NCBI GenBank assembly: GCA_039801885.1
Contig: JBDRVN010000011.1
Span: 1-37,516 of the forward strand
Reading direction: 5' to 3'
Origin: a candidate division WOR-3 bacterium
GTDB lineage: Bacteria > Hydrothermota > Tepidihabitantia > Tepidihabitantales > DTDR01
DNA: 37,516 nt
Both the position numbers and the translations under genes were made by a program. Under the pieces are notes generated by a model. The model searched no databases. It was given only the letters and a program-made list of their open reading frames with translations, and was not told the DNA's origin. Below are positions 1-8,981 of the stretch, in pieces (the first letter of the stretch is position 1; every line of letters begins with the position of its first letter).

Positions 1-552
1 TGTCTTCTTTCTTAATTCTTTTAAAGAATCAATCTTTTTAAAAGTCTCTTTAATGTAAACAACCATTTGTTCTTGAATTTCTAATGGTGGAATGGGAATA
101 GTTATATTTTTTATATCCTTTTGATTAATGCCGCCTTGGGTAGAGCCATGAAAAAATTTTAAAATTTGTGTTTGGCCAATATCGGAAAATAATATATAAA
201 AAAGGAATTCATCCAAAAGGATATTTGGGTTTTTAACTCGCAAAATAAAGACATGTTCATTAACTGCTACCTTTGGAAAGGGTAAGTCATCTACATAACA
301 TGTTTTTCCCGTTGTTGCTCCATCTTTAACAACTAATATATCTCCTCTTTTAACCTTTCCCTTTTTTAAAGAATCATAAAAATCCTCCGGGATATATCTT
401 AGATTATTCCAATCTATTTTTCCATTTGGTAATAGTTGTTCTCCTCCTAAACTCGGAACACCTTTTTCAACAGAGCCACCTTCAGGACGAATGCCTGATT
501 CAATTTCAACTAATCCGTCGCCTAATTTTTTTAAAGGCCAGTTAAATTTCAT
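1..552 (-). CDS. hsdS: Type I restriction-modification specificity subunit (5' part; runs off the window start)
   Basis: Not in the ORF track. Manual translation from ATG at 552 (overlapping the hsdM stop) gives MKFNWPLKKLGD...KGKVKRGDILVVKDGATTGK...GSTQGGINQKDIKNITIPIPPLEIQEQMV, a target recognition domain followed by the conserved IPxPPLxxQ repeat. The frame is open to position 1. Confidence 0.93.
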   Translation of the reverse strand, partial: MKFNWPLKKLGDGLVEIESGIRPEGGSVEKGVPSLGGEQLLPNGKIDWNNLRYIPEDFYDSLKKGKVKRGDILVVKDGATTGKTCYVDDLPFPKVAVNEHVFILRVKNPNILLDEFLFYILFSDIGQTQILKFFHGSTQGGINQKDIKNITIPIPPLEIQEQMVVYIKETFKKIDSLKELRKKT

Positions 553-2005
553 ATTTTAAATCTTCTTTTATCTCTTTTATTAATTTTTCAATCTCTTTTT
601 CTTTTTCAAAAATTTCTTCTAACAATTGCTCAGGTTCTTTATAAGTGGGTATTTTTATCTTATTAGGATTTTTTGCTGATAAATCATAATCTTTTTTAAT
701 TATTTCTTCTACTTTCACTATCCAACTGTTTTCCGAAATTTCCCTTGCTTGCCATTTTTGAAAAGCCTCTTCTAAATGTTCATCCCTAATTGGATCATTT
801 TTTGAATATTTTTTTTCAACCAATCTTCCATATCTCGTCTTTACCATTCCTAATGGATGTCTATGTTCATAATACCAAATCTCTTTTGTAGGTCTTCCTT
901 TTTCAAAGAATAAAAGATTTGTTTTCGGTCCTACGCCACCTTTGGGTGAAACATTAGCAAATACTCCCGGTGGTAAACTAATTATCGTGTGTAAATTATA
1001 GTTTTCTAAGAGTTCCTTTTTTACTTGTAAATAGGCACGACCGGTTCTAAATAAAACTCCCTCCGGTTGAACAATGGCACATCTACCACCGGTTTTTAAT
1101 TTTTTCATACAAAAATAAAGTGCTGCTAATTCGGTGTCAGAAGTTTTAATCGCAAAAGTCGCCAAAGATCTTTTTGCTGCTTCGCCACCGAAAGGAGGAT
1201 TAGTCATTATAATGTCAAATTTTTTGTCTTCTGGAACAGAGGTAATATCCTCTTCAAAAGTATTTACTTCAATAATATTCGGTGATTCAATTCCGTGAAG
1301 CATCGCATTTAAGGTCCCCACAATTAACGGAAAGGGTTTTAACTCTTGACCATAAAGAGTTTCTTGCAAAATTTTTTCTTCTTTTAAAGTTTTAGATTTT
1401 TCTCGTAGGTATTTAAAGGCTTCAACTAAAAATCCTGCTGAACCACAAAAGGGGTCAAATATTTTTTCACCAATTTTCGGGTCGATAATCCTTACCATAA
1501 GCCTCACGATTGGCCGTGGAGTATAAAATTCACCGGCACCTCCACCTTTTTGAGCGGCTGAATACATCAAAAGTTCTTCATAAGCAATAGAAAGAATTTG
1601 AGTATCTTCGGGATTGGAAAAATCTATTTCATTAATTATTCCTACTATCTCCGCTAAATTATAACCTGATCTCATATAGTTTCTTACTTTACTAAAAATT
1701 GAACCAATCTTTGCCTTTTGCGGTGTACCTGTTAAGTTTGCTAAATAAGGAATTAATTCTTGCTCAACGAATCTTTTTAATTCTTCGCCTGTTAATCTGG
1801 TTACCCAATTTTTCCATTGGAATTTTTCTTCAAATAAAAATTGATAATCTTTATTTAACATTTTCTTTTCTTTTTCTAAATCATCAAATAATTTTAAAAA
1901 TATAATCCAAGATAACTGTTCAATATATTGAATCGGAACTAAACCATCGTCTCTCATTATATCACAACACTTTTCTAATCTATTTTTAAGTTCTTGACGA
2001 TTCAT
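542..2005 (-). CDS. hsdM: Type I RM N6-adenine DNA methyltransferase subunit M
   Basis: GEFYTPR, motif I FDPFCGSAGFL and motif IV NPPF; lies between hsdR and hsdS with overlapping ends. Confidence 0.96.
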   Translation of the reverse strand: MNRQELKNRLEKCCDIMRDDGLVPIQYIEQLSWIIFLKLFDDLEKEKKMLNKDYQFLFEEKFQWKNWVTRLTGEELKRFVEQELIPYLANLTGTPQKAKIGSIFSKVRNYMRSGYNLAEIVGIINEIDFSNPEDTQILSIAYEELLMYSAAQKGGGAGEFYTPRPIVRLMVRIIDPKIGEKIFDPFCGSAGFLVEAFKYLREKSKTLKEEKILQETLYGQELKPFPLIVGTLNAMLHGIESPNIIEVNTFEEDITSVPEDKKFDIIMTNPPFGGEAAKRSLATFAIKTSDTELAALYFCMKKLKTGGRCAIVQPEGVLFRTGRAYLQVKKELLENYNLHTIISLPPGVFANVSPKGGVGPKTNLLFFEKGRPTKEIWYYEHRHPLGMVKTRYGRLVEKKYSKNDPIRDEHLEEAFQKWQAREISENSWIVKVEEIIKKDYDLSAKNPNKIKIPTYKEPEQLLEEIFEKEKEIEKLIKEIKEDLKYEI

Positions 2006-4571
2006 ATATTCCCTCCTTTATTTCATTAAAAATTTGTTGTAATTCTTTTGATTTTAATTTCTCAATAATATTTCTAATACCTCCGTATTTTTTCTCAAAT
2101 TTATAAATTGTAAATACTTCTGGCTTCAATTCTTCTATACCACCAATTCGGTATTGTTCAATTAAATCTAAAACAATTTCTCTTCCCTCTTTTCCAAAAG
2201 AATTAATAAATTCCCTTTTAAATTCAAGCAATGCTTGAGCTCTTTCATCGCGAGTGATAATCGGGGCATCAAAAGCAATATGAGCTAAAACATCAAAACC
2301 GTCAATATCGCTTCTTTTTAATACTACTGAAGAAATAATCTCCGGTGAAATACCCATTTTTAAAAGTTCGTCCAAAAATTTAATCCTTTTTTGATCATCA
2401 ATCCAAATATTTTTTAAATCATCTAATGTAACTTTCTTTTCGAGTATCTTTTCTCTTGAATATTCCTTATATTCAGCCTTTGTTAGCTTCTTGCCGCCTG
2501 CTTCAATTAAAATTTCTTCTTCGGTTTCAATGTATACTAAAATATTCTTAACTTCAATTTTCGCTTTAAATTCTTTTTCCTTAGATAAAGTTATTGTTTC
2601 AACTCTTTTAAATTCGGAAGTAGGTTTAATTTTTATTTCTTTTTTATTATAACCAGATTTCTCCAAAATAAGTTTTAATTCGTTTCTGGGTAATTTTTCA
2701 AAAAATATTACTCCATTATTATCAGAATTCTTAATAATCATCTCGTGCGGTCTTAATATCAAAGTAACACGCACTTCGGGAAGGCATTTTCCAGTTTCGG
2801 CATCAAAGATTTGGGCTTTATAGAAATAATCAAAAGGTCCTTCTAATTCGATTATCGGTATTTCTCGTGGTCTTATTAACTCATCAAAAAGTCGTGTGGC
2901 ACCAGTAAAATCAATTATTCTAAAAAATAATTTATTTGATGATTCGTCAATCCGTGAACCACGACCAATAATTTGGTTAAAAAGAACCACGGAAGATATG
3001 CTCCTTAAAAAAATAATATTTTTAACAGAGGGTATATCCACACCGGTAGTTAACAAATCAACAGTCGTTGCCACTACAGGAATTTGTTTCTCTGAATCTT
3101 TAAAGTTAATTAACTGTGCTATTCCTTCATCATCTTCAGAAACAATTCTCACTGCATAATTAGAATAACCTAAATAAGAAAAATGGTTTTGAATCTCTTT
3201 TTTAACCTCTTCAGCATGTTGACAATCAACGCAATAAATTATTGTCTTATCCATATTCCCATATCTTTCTAAAAGTTCACATATTTTTTCACAAATTACT
3301 TTTGTTCTCTCAGGAACCGTTATTTCTCTCTCAAATTGTGGCGTTTCATAAATTTCTTTTATTTTTATATCTTCGGCTTCCTTTGGAATATAAACTTCTG
3401 CTCCCTTTAATTGGGCTTCTTTTAAGTTTAACCCATTTTTATCTATATTAGTAAAAATTCTTTGAACTAAATAATTTGCTAAATAACCATCTTCTATTCC
3501 TTGCTCAATATTATATTCGTAAACTGGCTCACCAAAACAACGATAATTATCAATATTATCCTCCCTTTTTGGTGTAGCGGTCATTCCAAAATGGATAGCA
3601 TTTTTAAAATATTCTAAAATTTCATACCATCTATTCCAACCGGAACGATGACACTCGTCAATAATTACCATATTAAAAAAATTTGGTTCATATTCTTGAT
3701 AAAGTCTTTTATTATTATATATAGTATACAAAGTTTGATAGGTAGCAAAATAAATATCTCTTTCCTTAGGTACTTCTCCTTCCATAATTTTTGTTCGAGC
3801 ATCTTTAAAAGCACCGAACATATTATAAGCTTGATCTCGCAAAACTTCTGCTCGATCGGTTAAATATAAAACTTTTTTCACCCACCCGCTTTTCCATAAT
3901 TTCCACACTATTTGAGAAGCCACATAAGTTTTTCCTGTTCCAGTTGCTAATGTTAAAAGAATCCTTCTTTTTCTATTTAAAACTGCTTCAATTACTTTAT
4001 TTATTGCAATTAATTGATAATATCTTGGCTCCTTTGTAGGGTCATAATATAAAGGAACTAAAAACGGATTTTTTTCTTTCGGAATCCTTGAAATATCAAT
4101 ATATTTTTCTCTGGTTATATTTTGCCATCGTTCGTAAAGTTCTTCTGGTGAGGGAAATTTATCCAAAGTAGTTTGTCTATTAGTAGAAAAATCAAACTCT
4201 TCAATTTTTCTCCCGTTCGTTGAATAGGCAAAATATACACCTAAAATTTGAGCATACTCTTTTGCTTGAGAAATTCCATCAGCATGATTGGTAAAATAAG
4301 ATTTCGCTTCAACAACAGCAATTGGAAAGGCTCTTTTATAATACAAAAGATAGTCTACAAATCTTTTTTCACCTCTTTTACCAGCGTTTCCTTCAATTAT
4401 TATTTTCCCTTTATTTATATAAAATTCTCTTTTTATATCTTCTTCTTGCCAACCAGATTGATATAAAAGCTGATTAATAATTTTAACTTTAGTATCCTCT
4501 TCACTTATTTTTTCACCCGCCTTTGGTTTGAATCTTTCTTTTTCTTCTTTATAATAAGGTTCCTCGATCAT
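1986..4571 (-). CDS. hsdR: Type I RM restriction subunit R (EcoAI/EcoEI-like)
   Basis: Nuclease motif DYLL...VVEAK, Walker A LATGTGKT, DECH, GMTATP, QIIGRGSR and an EcoEI_R_C-like C-terminus (DGFDVLAHIAFDAPIITRDERA). Confidence 0.95.
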   Translation of the reverse strand: MIEEPYYKEEKERFKPKAGEKISEEDTKVKIINQLLYQSGWQEEDIKREFYINKGKIIIEGNAGKRGEKRFVDYLLYYKRAFPIAVVEAKSYFTNHADGISQAKEYAQILGVYFAYSTNGRKIEEFDFSTNRQTTLDKFPSPEELYERWQNITREKYIDISRIPKEKNPFLVPLYYDPTKEPRYYQLIAINKVIEAVLNRKRRILLTLATGTGKTYVASQIVWKLWKSGWVKKVLYLTDRAEVLRDQAYNMFGAFKDARTKIMEGEVPKERDIYFATYQTLYTIYNNKRLYQEYEPNFFNMVIIDECHRSGWNRWYEILEYFKNAIHFGMTATPKREDNIDNYRCFGEPVYEYNIEQGIEDGYLANYLVQRIFTNIDKNGLNLKEAQLKGAEVYIPKEAEDIKIKEIYETPQFEREITVPERTKVICEKICELLERYGNMDKTIIYCVDCQHAEEVKKEIQNHFSYLGYSNYAVRIVSEDDEGIAQLINFKDSEKQIPVVATTVDLLTTGVDIPSVKNIIFLRSISSVVLFNQIIGRGSRIDESSNKLFFRIIDFTGATRLFDELIRPREIPIIELEGPFDYFYKAQIFDAETGKCLPEVRVTLILRPHEMIIKNSDNNGVIFFEKLPRNELKLILEKSGYNKKEIKIKPTSEFKRVETITLSKEKEFKAKIEVKNILVYIETEEEILIEAGGKKLTKAEYKEYSREKILEKKVTLDDLKNIWIDDQKRIKFLDELLKMGISPEIISSVVLKRSDIDGFDVLAHIAFDAPIITRDERAQALLEFKREFINSFGKEGREIVLDLIEQYRIGGIEELKPEVFTIYKFEKKYGGIRNIIEKLKSKELQQIFNEIKEGIYESSRT

Positions 4572-4603
4572 ATCTATAATAATTAAATTAATTTTTAGAA
4601 AAA

Positions 4604-4630
4604 ATCAATAAAAAATAGTAAATGTGTTAA
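4604..4630. repeat. 27-bp dispersed repeat, copy 1 (probable IS end)
   Basis: ATCAATAAAAAATAGTAAATGTGTTAA; 26/27 identical to 16020-16046, same orientation. Confidence 0.75.
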
Positions 4631-4751
4631 TCATATTTTCAATAAAAAGTTTGGGTCTCTTTTAAACATAGATTAAATCTTCTTCTTGAAAATAAGAACC
4701 CAATATTCCAATTTCTTTTCTCCCATATTTTCCTTTCACTTTATTTATAAC
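4631..4751 (-). pseudogene. Decayed MNT (minimal nucleotidyltransferase)-HepT/DUF86 toxin-antitoxin remnant
   Basis: 4751-4662 reads VINKVKGKYGRKEIGILGSYFQEEDLIYV*, an MNT N-terminal KYGxKEIGIFGSY motif joined to the MNT C-terminal IYV*. An overlapping ATG at 4669 reads MFKRDP/(frameshift)KLFIENM, like a HepT N-terminus, and is cut at the 27-bp repeat. Confidence 0.6.
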
Positions 4752-4982
4752 CTAAATTATCCTTTTGGAAGGTTTAATTATTTATACTTTTTGTTATTAT
4801 CTTTTTCTTAATCCATTTCTCTTTTAACAATAACCATTTCTTTGCCTAATTTTAAAATAATTATAAGAATTTTAAATTAAAGATATTCAAAAAAACCTTT
4901 GAAAATACAATAAAAATAACCTCTAAGGCGATATCCAAGGTGGTATAGTATATAGCCCCCTATCCGAAGGGTAAATTCTATC

Positions 4983-5085
4983 TAAGTAATTAAATTTCAA
5001 TAACTTATATTAATTTTTCCTAAAATAAAAAGTTTCCATACAGGAAACTGAAAAATTGTGTAAGTTATCTAATATCAATAGGTTA
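4983..5085. promoter_or_regulatory. Two 25-bp TAAGT-N15-(A/G)(C/G)TTA dyads (IHF-like sites) flanking a short hairpin
   Basis: Dyads at 4983-5007 and 5061-5085; TATCAATAGGTTA (5073-5085) matches the IHF consensus WATCAANNNNTTR; hairpin AGTTTCC-ATACA-GGAAACT at 5031-5049. Confidence 0.4.
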
Positions 5086-5170
5086 TAAGAATTATCAAAT
5101 TTGACTTAGATAAAATCATTGATTGTCAATATATAAATATAGTTGCTCTCTTTTAAAATATCCTCTAATG

Positions 5171-5416
5171 TCACAATTTTATATCCTCTTTATAAACCAA
5201 TTTAAAAGTATCTTCTCCTAATAAGATTTTTTTTATGGCTTGTTTTACTTCTCTTTCTGTATAATTAGGATTTCTTTTTCTTATACCTTCTTCTAAAAGT
5301 TTTAAGGAAATTTTAGTAAGTTCTAATGATAATTCTAATCTTTTTTCAGGCGGCATCTTTTTTAAAATTTCAATTTGGATTTTTTCCATTTTGGATAAAG
5401 TATCAAGTTTTACCAT
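5171..5416 (-). CDS. Rv0078B-like putative antitoxin (orphan)
   Basis: 81-aa helical protein with pattern DT...IQIEIL++M.PE+RL...ELT.....L..GIR.R.P...E.EV...+...LLG, recognised by eye as the Rv0078B-like family. Confidence 0.6.
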   Translation of the reverse strand: MVKLDTLSKMEKIQIEILKKMPPEKRLELSLELTKISLKLLEEGIRKRNPNYTEREVKQAIKKILLGEDTFKLVYKEDIKL

Positions 5417-5427
5417 AATTTATTTTA

Positions 5428-6831
5428 TCAGAGATATTTTACAATCTTTATATTTTTTACATATCCCAAATTGTTGCGAATGGAAAGGATGGCGATATTT
5501 GGTTTTATATCTTTTAAGGAGAATTGATGAATGCCTTTTTCTAAATAACCGGAATATAGTTCTTTTATTTTTTTGCCCATTAAATCATAAATAGTTAATT
5601 GGTAATAACCGGAAAGAGGAATAGATAGGAAAATCTTATCTTTGGTGATTATTTCTCTTTTCTTTTTTAAATTATTGCTTTCAAGAATTTTTGCTTGGCT
5701 GGTTAGTTTCATTAAAAGAAAGTCATAAGTATAGTTTATGTCGTTTACCGCATAACCACCAACAATTAGATTATCTAAATTATCGGTTGTTATATCGGAG
5801 CCACAGTCATCATAGGAGAAATCGTAAGTTTCTTGCCAGAGCAAATTACCATTAGCATCATAAGAAAGAATGATTAAGTCGTAGTTATCTAAATTGCCGC
5901 CTAAACCAGAAAGATAGATGTTATTTCGCTGATCAATTGCCACACCTAAAGCTTCATCGTAATCGCTGTAATTAAAAGTCCTTGACCACAAAAGATTGCC
6001 ATTTGGGTCGCATTTCAAGAGAAGAAAATCATAATAAGAAACATCACCAGTTAAACCACTAACTAAAATATTATTCTCTTGGTCAACATCAACACTTATA
6101 CCAAAATCAACTGGGGAAAAATCATAGGTCTGCTGCCAAAGAATATTGCCATCAGGATTTAATTTACAAAGGAAAACATCAAAATTATTACCATCACCAG
6201 TAAAGCCGGTTACCAAAATATTTCCGTTTCGGTCAATTTTTGCCCGATAACCAAAATCATAAAGATTATTATCTAATACTATTTCCCATATTAATTCACC
6301 GGTAGGCGAATATTTTTTAATAAAGAAGTCAAAACCTCCTCCATAATAATAACTACCTGATTGATAAACATTATTTTCCACATCTGCTACCACTCCGACA
6401 CCTATTTTATTTTCCTCCATCCTTCGCCATCTCTCAATACCTAAACTATCAAATTTGAAAAGGAAAGAGGAATAATATTGAGGATGAAATTTTTTCTTGA
6501 TTAAATCTTTTAATAAGAATTTTCTAAATTGATAAGTATAACCAGTAAGATAAAAATTTCCATTATTGTCAAAAGCAACACTAATTGCTTCGTTATCTTG
6601 CGGCAAACCAATAGGCACGATTCGGAATAAGTTACCGCTTTGATCGTAAATAACTGCCCAGGGGTCCAAATTACTATCGGTTAAGACAGTTCCCACTTGC
6701 ACAATCTTATCCAACCGCGATGCGACACCAAAACCCATTTCATCAGTAAAAGTATCAAACCATTTTACCCACAAAGTATCAGCAAAAATTATTGAAATAA
6801 AACAAATGAAGATAAATATTTTTCTCCTCAT
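5428..6831 (-). CDS. Secreted beta-propeller repeat (SBBP-like) protein with T9SS/FlgD-like C-terminal domain
   Basis: Signal peptide; repeats of the form D.G..V..D..GNI.V.G.......YD....K.D.NGNL.W; C-terminal IYDLMGKKI...KGIH...IKIVKYL. Confidence 0.8.
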   Translation of the reverse strand: MRRKIFIFICFISIIFADTLWVKWFDTFTDEMGFGVASRLDKIVQVGTVLTDSNLDPWAVIYDQSGNLFRIVPIGLPQDNEAISVAFDNNGNFYLTGYTYQFRKFLLKDLIKKKFHPQYYSSFLFKFDSLGIERWRRMEENKIGVGVVADVENNVYQSGSYYYGGGFDFFIKKYSPTGELIWEIVLDNNLYDFGYRAKIDRNGNILVTGFTGDGNNFDVFLCKLNPDGNILWQQTYDFSPVDFGISVDVDQENNILVSGLTGDVSYYDFLLLKCDPNGNLLWSRTFNYSDYDEALGVAIDQRNNIYLSGLGGNLDNYDLIILSYDANGNLLWQETYDFSYDDCGSDITTDNLDNLIVGGYAVNDINYTYDFLLMKLTSQAKILESNNLKKKREIITKDKIFLSIPLSGYYQLTIYDLMGKKIKELYSGYLEKGIHQFSLKDIKPNIAILSIRNNLGYVKNIKIVKYL

Positions 6832-6862
6832 AGAAAATTATATAACAAAATTTAAGTTAAAG

Positions 6863-8644
6863 TCAATATATCTTGATTAATTTATAAATATTTTTATTTT
6901 TTATAAAGTAAATACCTCTGTTAATTTTCTTGCTATCTATTTTTTTACCAGTAATATCAAAAATCGGGCTTATTCCAATATTTTTGTTATTAAAACCAAA
7001 CAAAGAATTTCCTTGAATAGCCGATTTTTTTTCTTTTATCAAATCTCTTATTCTTTCCCAAATCTCTTTTTTTACTAATATCAAAGAATCAGGATTATTT
7101 GACCAATTATTCCAATCAGTAGCGATTTTATTTATTAGAGATAAATAAGAAGAATAGTCAAGTTCTTTAAGAATTTTTAGGTATTCATAATCTTCAATTC
7201 CATCCCTGATTGTTTTTAATCTTATTGAAGATATTGGTTTATTCATACCAAATTTTGAACCATAATAAATTAAATAACCATCGCCATTATAAATTTTATC
7301 ATCAATTATTACTGTCGGATCTTCATAAACATCCCTCTGCCATTTATCAATTCCCCAATAGACCATTCCTTTGATATCAAAAAGGGAAAATAACCAAAAA
7401 GATACTCTTTTTTCAATCAATGGATAATCTAAAAGCCATTTGGGAGTAAAGGAATCAGTAACGCCTGCCTGATATGCCCATATCTCTTCACCTTTATCTT
7501 TCCTTTCTTTAAAGAAATCTTTGAAATAATAATGGAGACTAAATTTGGGAACCCAAATATCAATTGATGACCGACCAGTTCCATCATCTAATAGTCTTTC
7601 ATCAACTTTTTGGGAATAGAAATTATTAAAGACAATTAAATTCTTTATCTTGGTAAATTTATGAAGGTTATAAGCCCATTCTCTTATTAAATCATAATCA
7701 TGCGGTTTTGGTTCATCAAAAGAATAATCAATTATTTCTTCAAACCCTTTTTTCTCAAAATAATTTGAGAAAACTTCTAAATATTTTTGCCATTGGAAAA
7801 ACAAGAGACCTTGTTGGGCAAATAAAGGAACTTCAATTAGATTTAAATTTCTATTTTGATAATATTCTAAATTATTATCTAAAAAACCAGTAGAATAATT
7901 AACATTAAAATCAGCACTATAAGTAGGTAAAGGTGAGTAATTTGCATTATTATCTAAAATATTATTTATCTCAATCCTTTTTGGTCTGATATCTAAGGGA
8001 ATTGCCGAAGGAGTTATTTTATGGGATAAAGCCTCTTCGTAATAAAGACGAGTAATTAAATATTTATCACAACCTCTGTGCCTTTCTAATATTGGGTTTA
8101 ACCAAAAGACAAATAAGGTTTTAAAAGAAGGGATTTTTTTAATATTTTCTTTTAAGATATTTAATTTTATAGGAATTGTAAAATTTAGATTTTGGGGCGA
8201 TATTTTTACTTTAATCTCACCTTCAATCATTTCTTTTTCTTCATCTTCCGGAATATAAACATCAAACCAGAAAACATTTATTCCTTTCTTTATATTAATT
8301 CTTCTTTCTATCGGTATCAACGGGTCGGGAACCTTTTCGGCTATTTCCGGTTTGCTTTTTCCCAAAGAATGGGAAGGAGTAAGAATGGGAATAAAATATT
8401 CATAATAGATCTTCAAATAAGGAGATAAATCTTTCGTAAAAACAAATTCAATTTCACAATCCTCATCATTTTTTATTCCGATCTGGAAAGATTCATATTC
8501 ATTCCTTAAAAAATATAGTTCTATCGGACTTATATTAAGCCTTTCAATTTGCTTTTCATTAGTAAATCTTTCTAAACTATTTAAAGTAAAAACCTTAAAT
8601 TGATTAAATAGAAGTAAAAAAAGAAAAAAAGAGAATGAGTTCAT
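6863..8644 (-). CDS. Secreted DUF4091 / GH123-like glycoside hydrolase with short C-terminal sorting tail
   Basis: RNEYESFQ, VPDPLIP, FDEP, IDIWVP, GDGYLIY...SSIRLKTIRDGIEDYEYL (DUF4091-like). Start moved from 8662 to ATG 8644, which has a GAGG Shine-Dalgarno (SD) and is followed by a signal peptide. Confidence 0.75.
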   Translation of the reverse strand: MNSFSFFLFLLLFNQFKVFTLNSLERFTNEKQIERLNISPIELYFLRNEYESFQIGIKNDEDCEIEFVFTKDLSPYLKIYYEYFIPILTPSHSLGKSKPEIAEKVPDPLIPIERRINIKKGINVFWFDVYIPEDEEKEMIEGEIKVKISPQNLNFTIPIKLNILKENIKKIPSFKTLFVFWLNPILERHRGCDKYLITRLYYEEALSHKITPSAIPLDIRPKRIEINNILDNNANYSPLPTYSADFNVNYSTGFLDNNLEYYQNRNLNLIEVPLFAQQGLLFFQWQKYLEVFSNYFEKKGFEEIIDYSFDEPKPHDYDLIREWAYNLHKFTKIKNLIVFNNFYSQKVDERLLDDGTGRSSIDIWVPKFSLHYYFKDFFKERKDKGEEIWAYQAGVTDSFTPKWLLDYPLIEKRVSFWLFSLFDIKGMVYWGIDKWQRDVYEDPTVIIDDKIYNGDGYLIYYGSKFGMNKPISSIRLKTIRDGIEDYEYLKILKELDYSSYLSLINKIATDWNNWSNNPDSLILVKKEIWERIRDLIKEKKSAIQGNSLFGFNNKNIGISPIFDITGKKIDSKKINRGIYFIKNKNIYKLIKIY

Positions 8645-8671
8645 AGCCCAGTCCTCAAACAAATAAATTAT

Positions 8672-8700
8672 ATTATACTAAAAATTTATAGATTTGTCAA
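8672..8700 (-). promoter_or_regulatory. Sigma70-type promoter for the DUF4091 gene
   Basis: Perfect TTGACA-17bp-TATAAT on the minus strand. Confidence 0.8.
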
Positions 8701-8710
8701 TATATATAGA

Positions 8711-8971
8711 TTACAATTTCAGTATTAAATAGGTGAGAAAGATAATAAAAAGGGCGGTAAAGGCAGTAATCGCTAAAGAAAAACCAAAGGTTATTTCTAA
8801 AAAACCCAAATTTAAGGTAAAATTAGGAATACCAAATTTTATCGCTTCAAAAAAGAATTTCTTTACCTGCCCTTCCGGAAACAGACCGGAAAGATATAAA
8901 GAGAAGGCACTGCCTAAAACACCGCCGATTAAAATAATAATTATTACAAATGGCACGGTCTTCTTTCCCAT
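8711..8971 (-). CDS. DUF4321 family small membrane protein
   Basis: 86 aa, hydrophobic; IILIGGVLGS and TLNLGFLEITFGFSL patterns; strong SD (AGGAGGT). Confidence 0.65.
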   Translation of the reverse strand: MGKKTVPFVIIIILIGGVLGSAFSLYLSGLFPEGQVKKFFFEAIKFGIPNFTLNLGFLEITFGFSLAITAFTALFIIFLTYLILKL

Positions 8972-8981
8972 TTTACCTCCT

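Noticed and set aside
4860-5170. Possible replication origin (AT-rich, IHF-like sites)
   Set aside because: No convincing DnaA boxes (TTATNCACA) and no dnaA/dnaN nearby.
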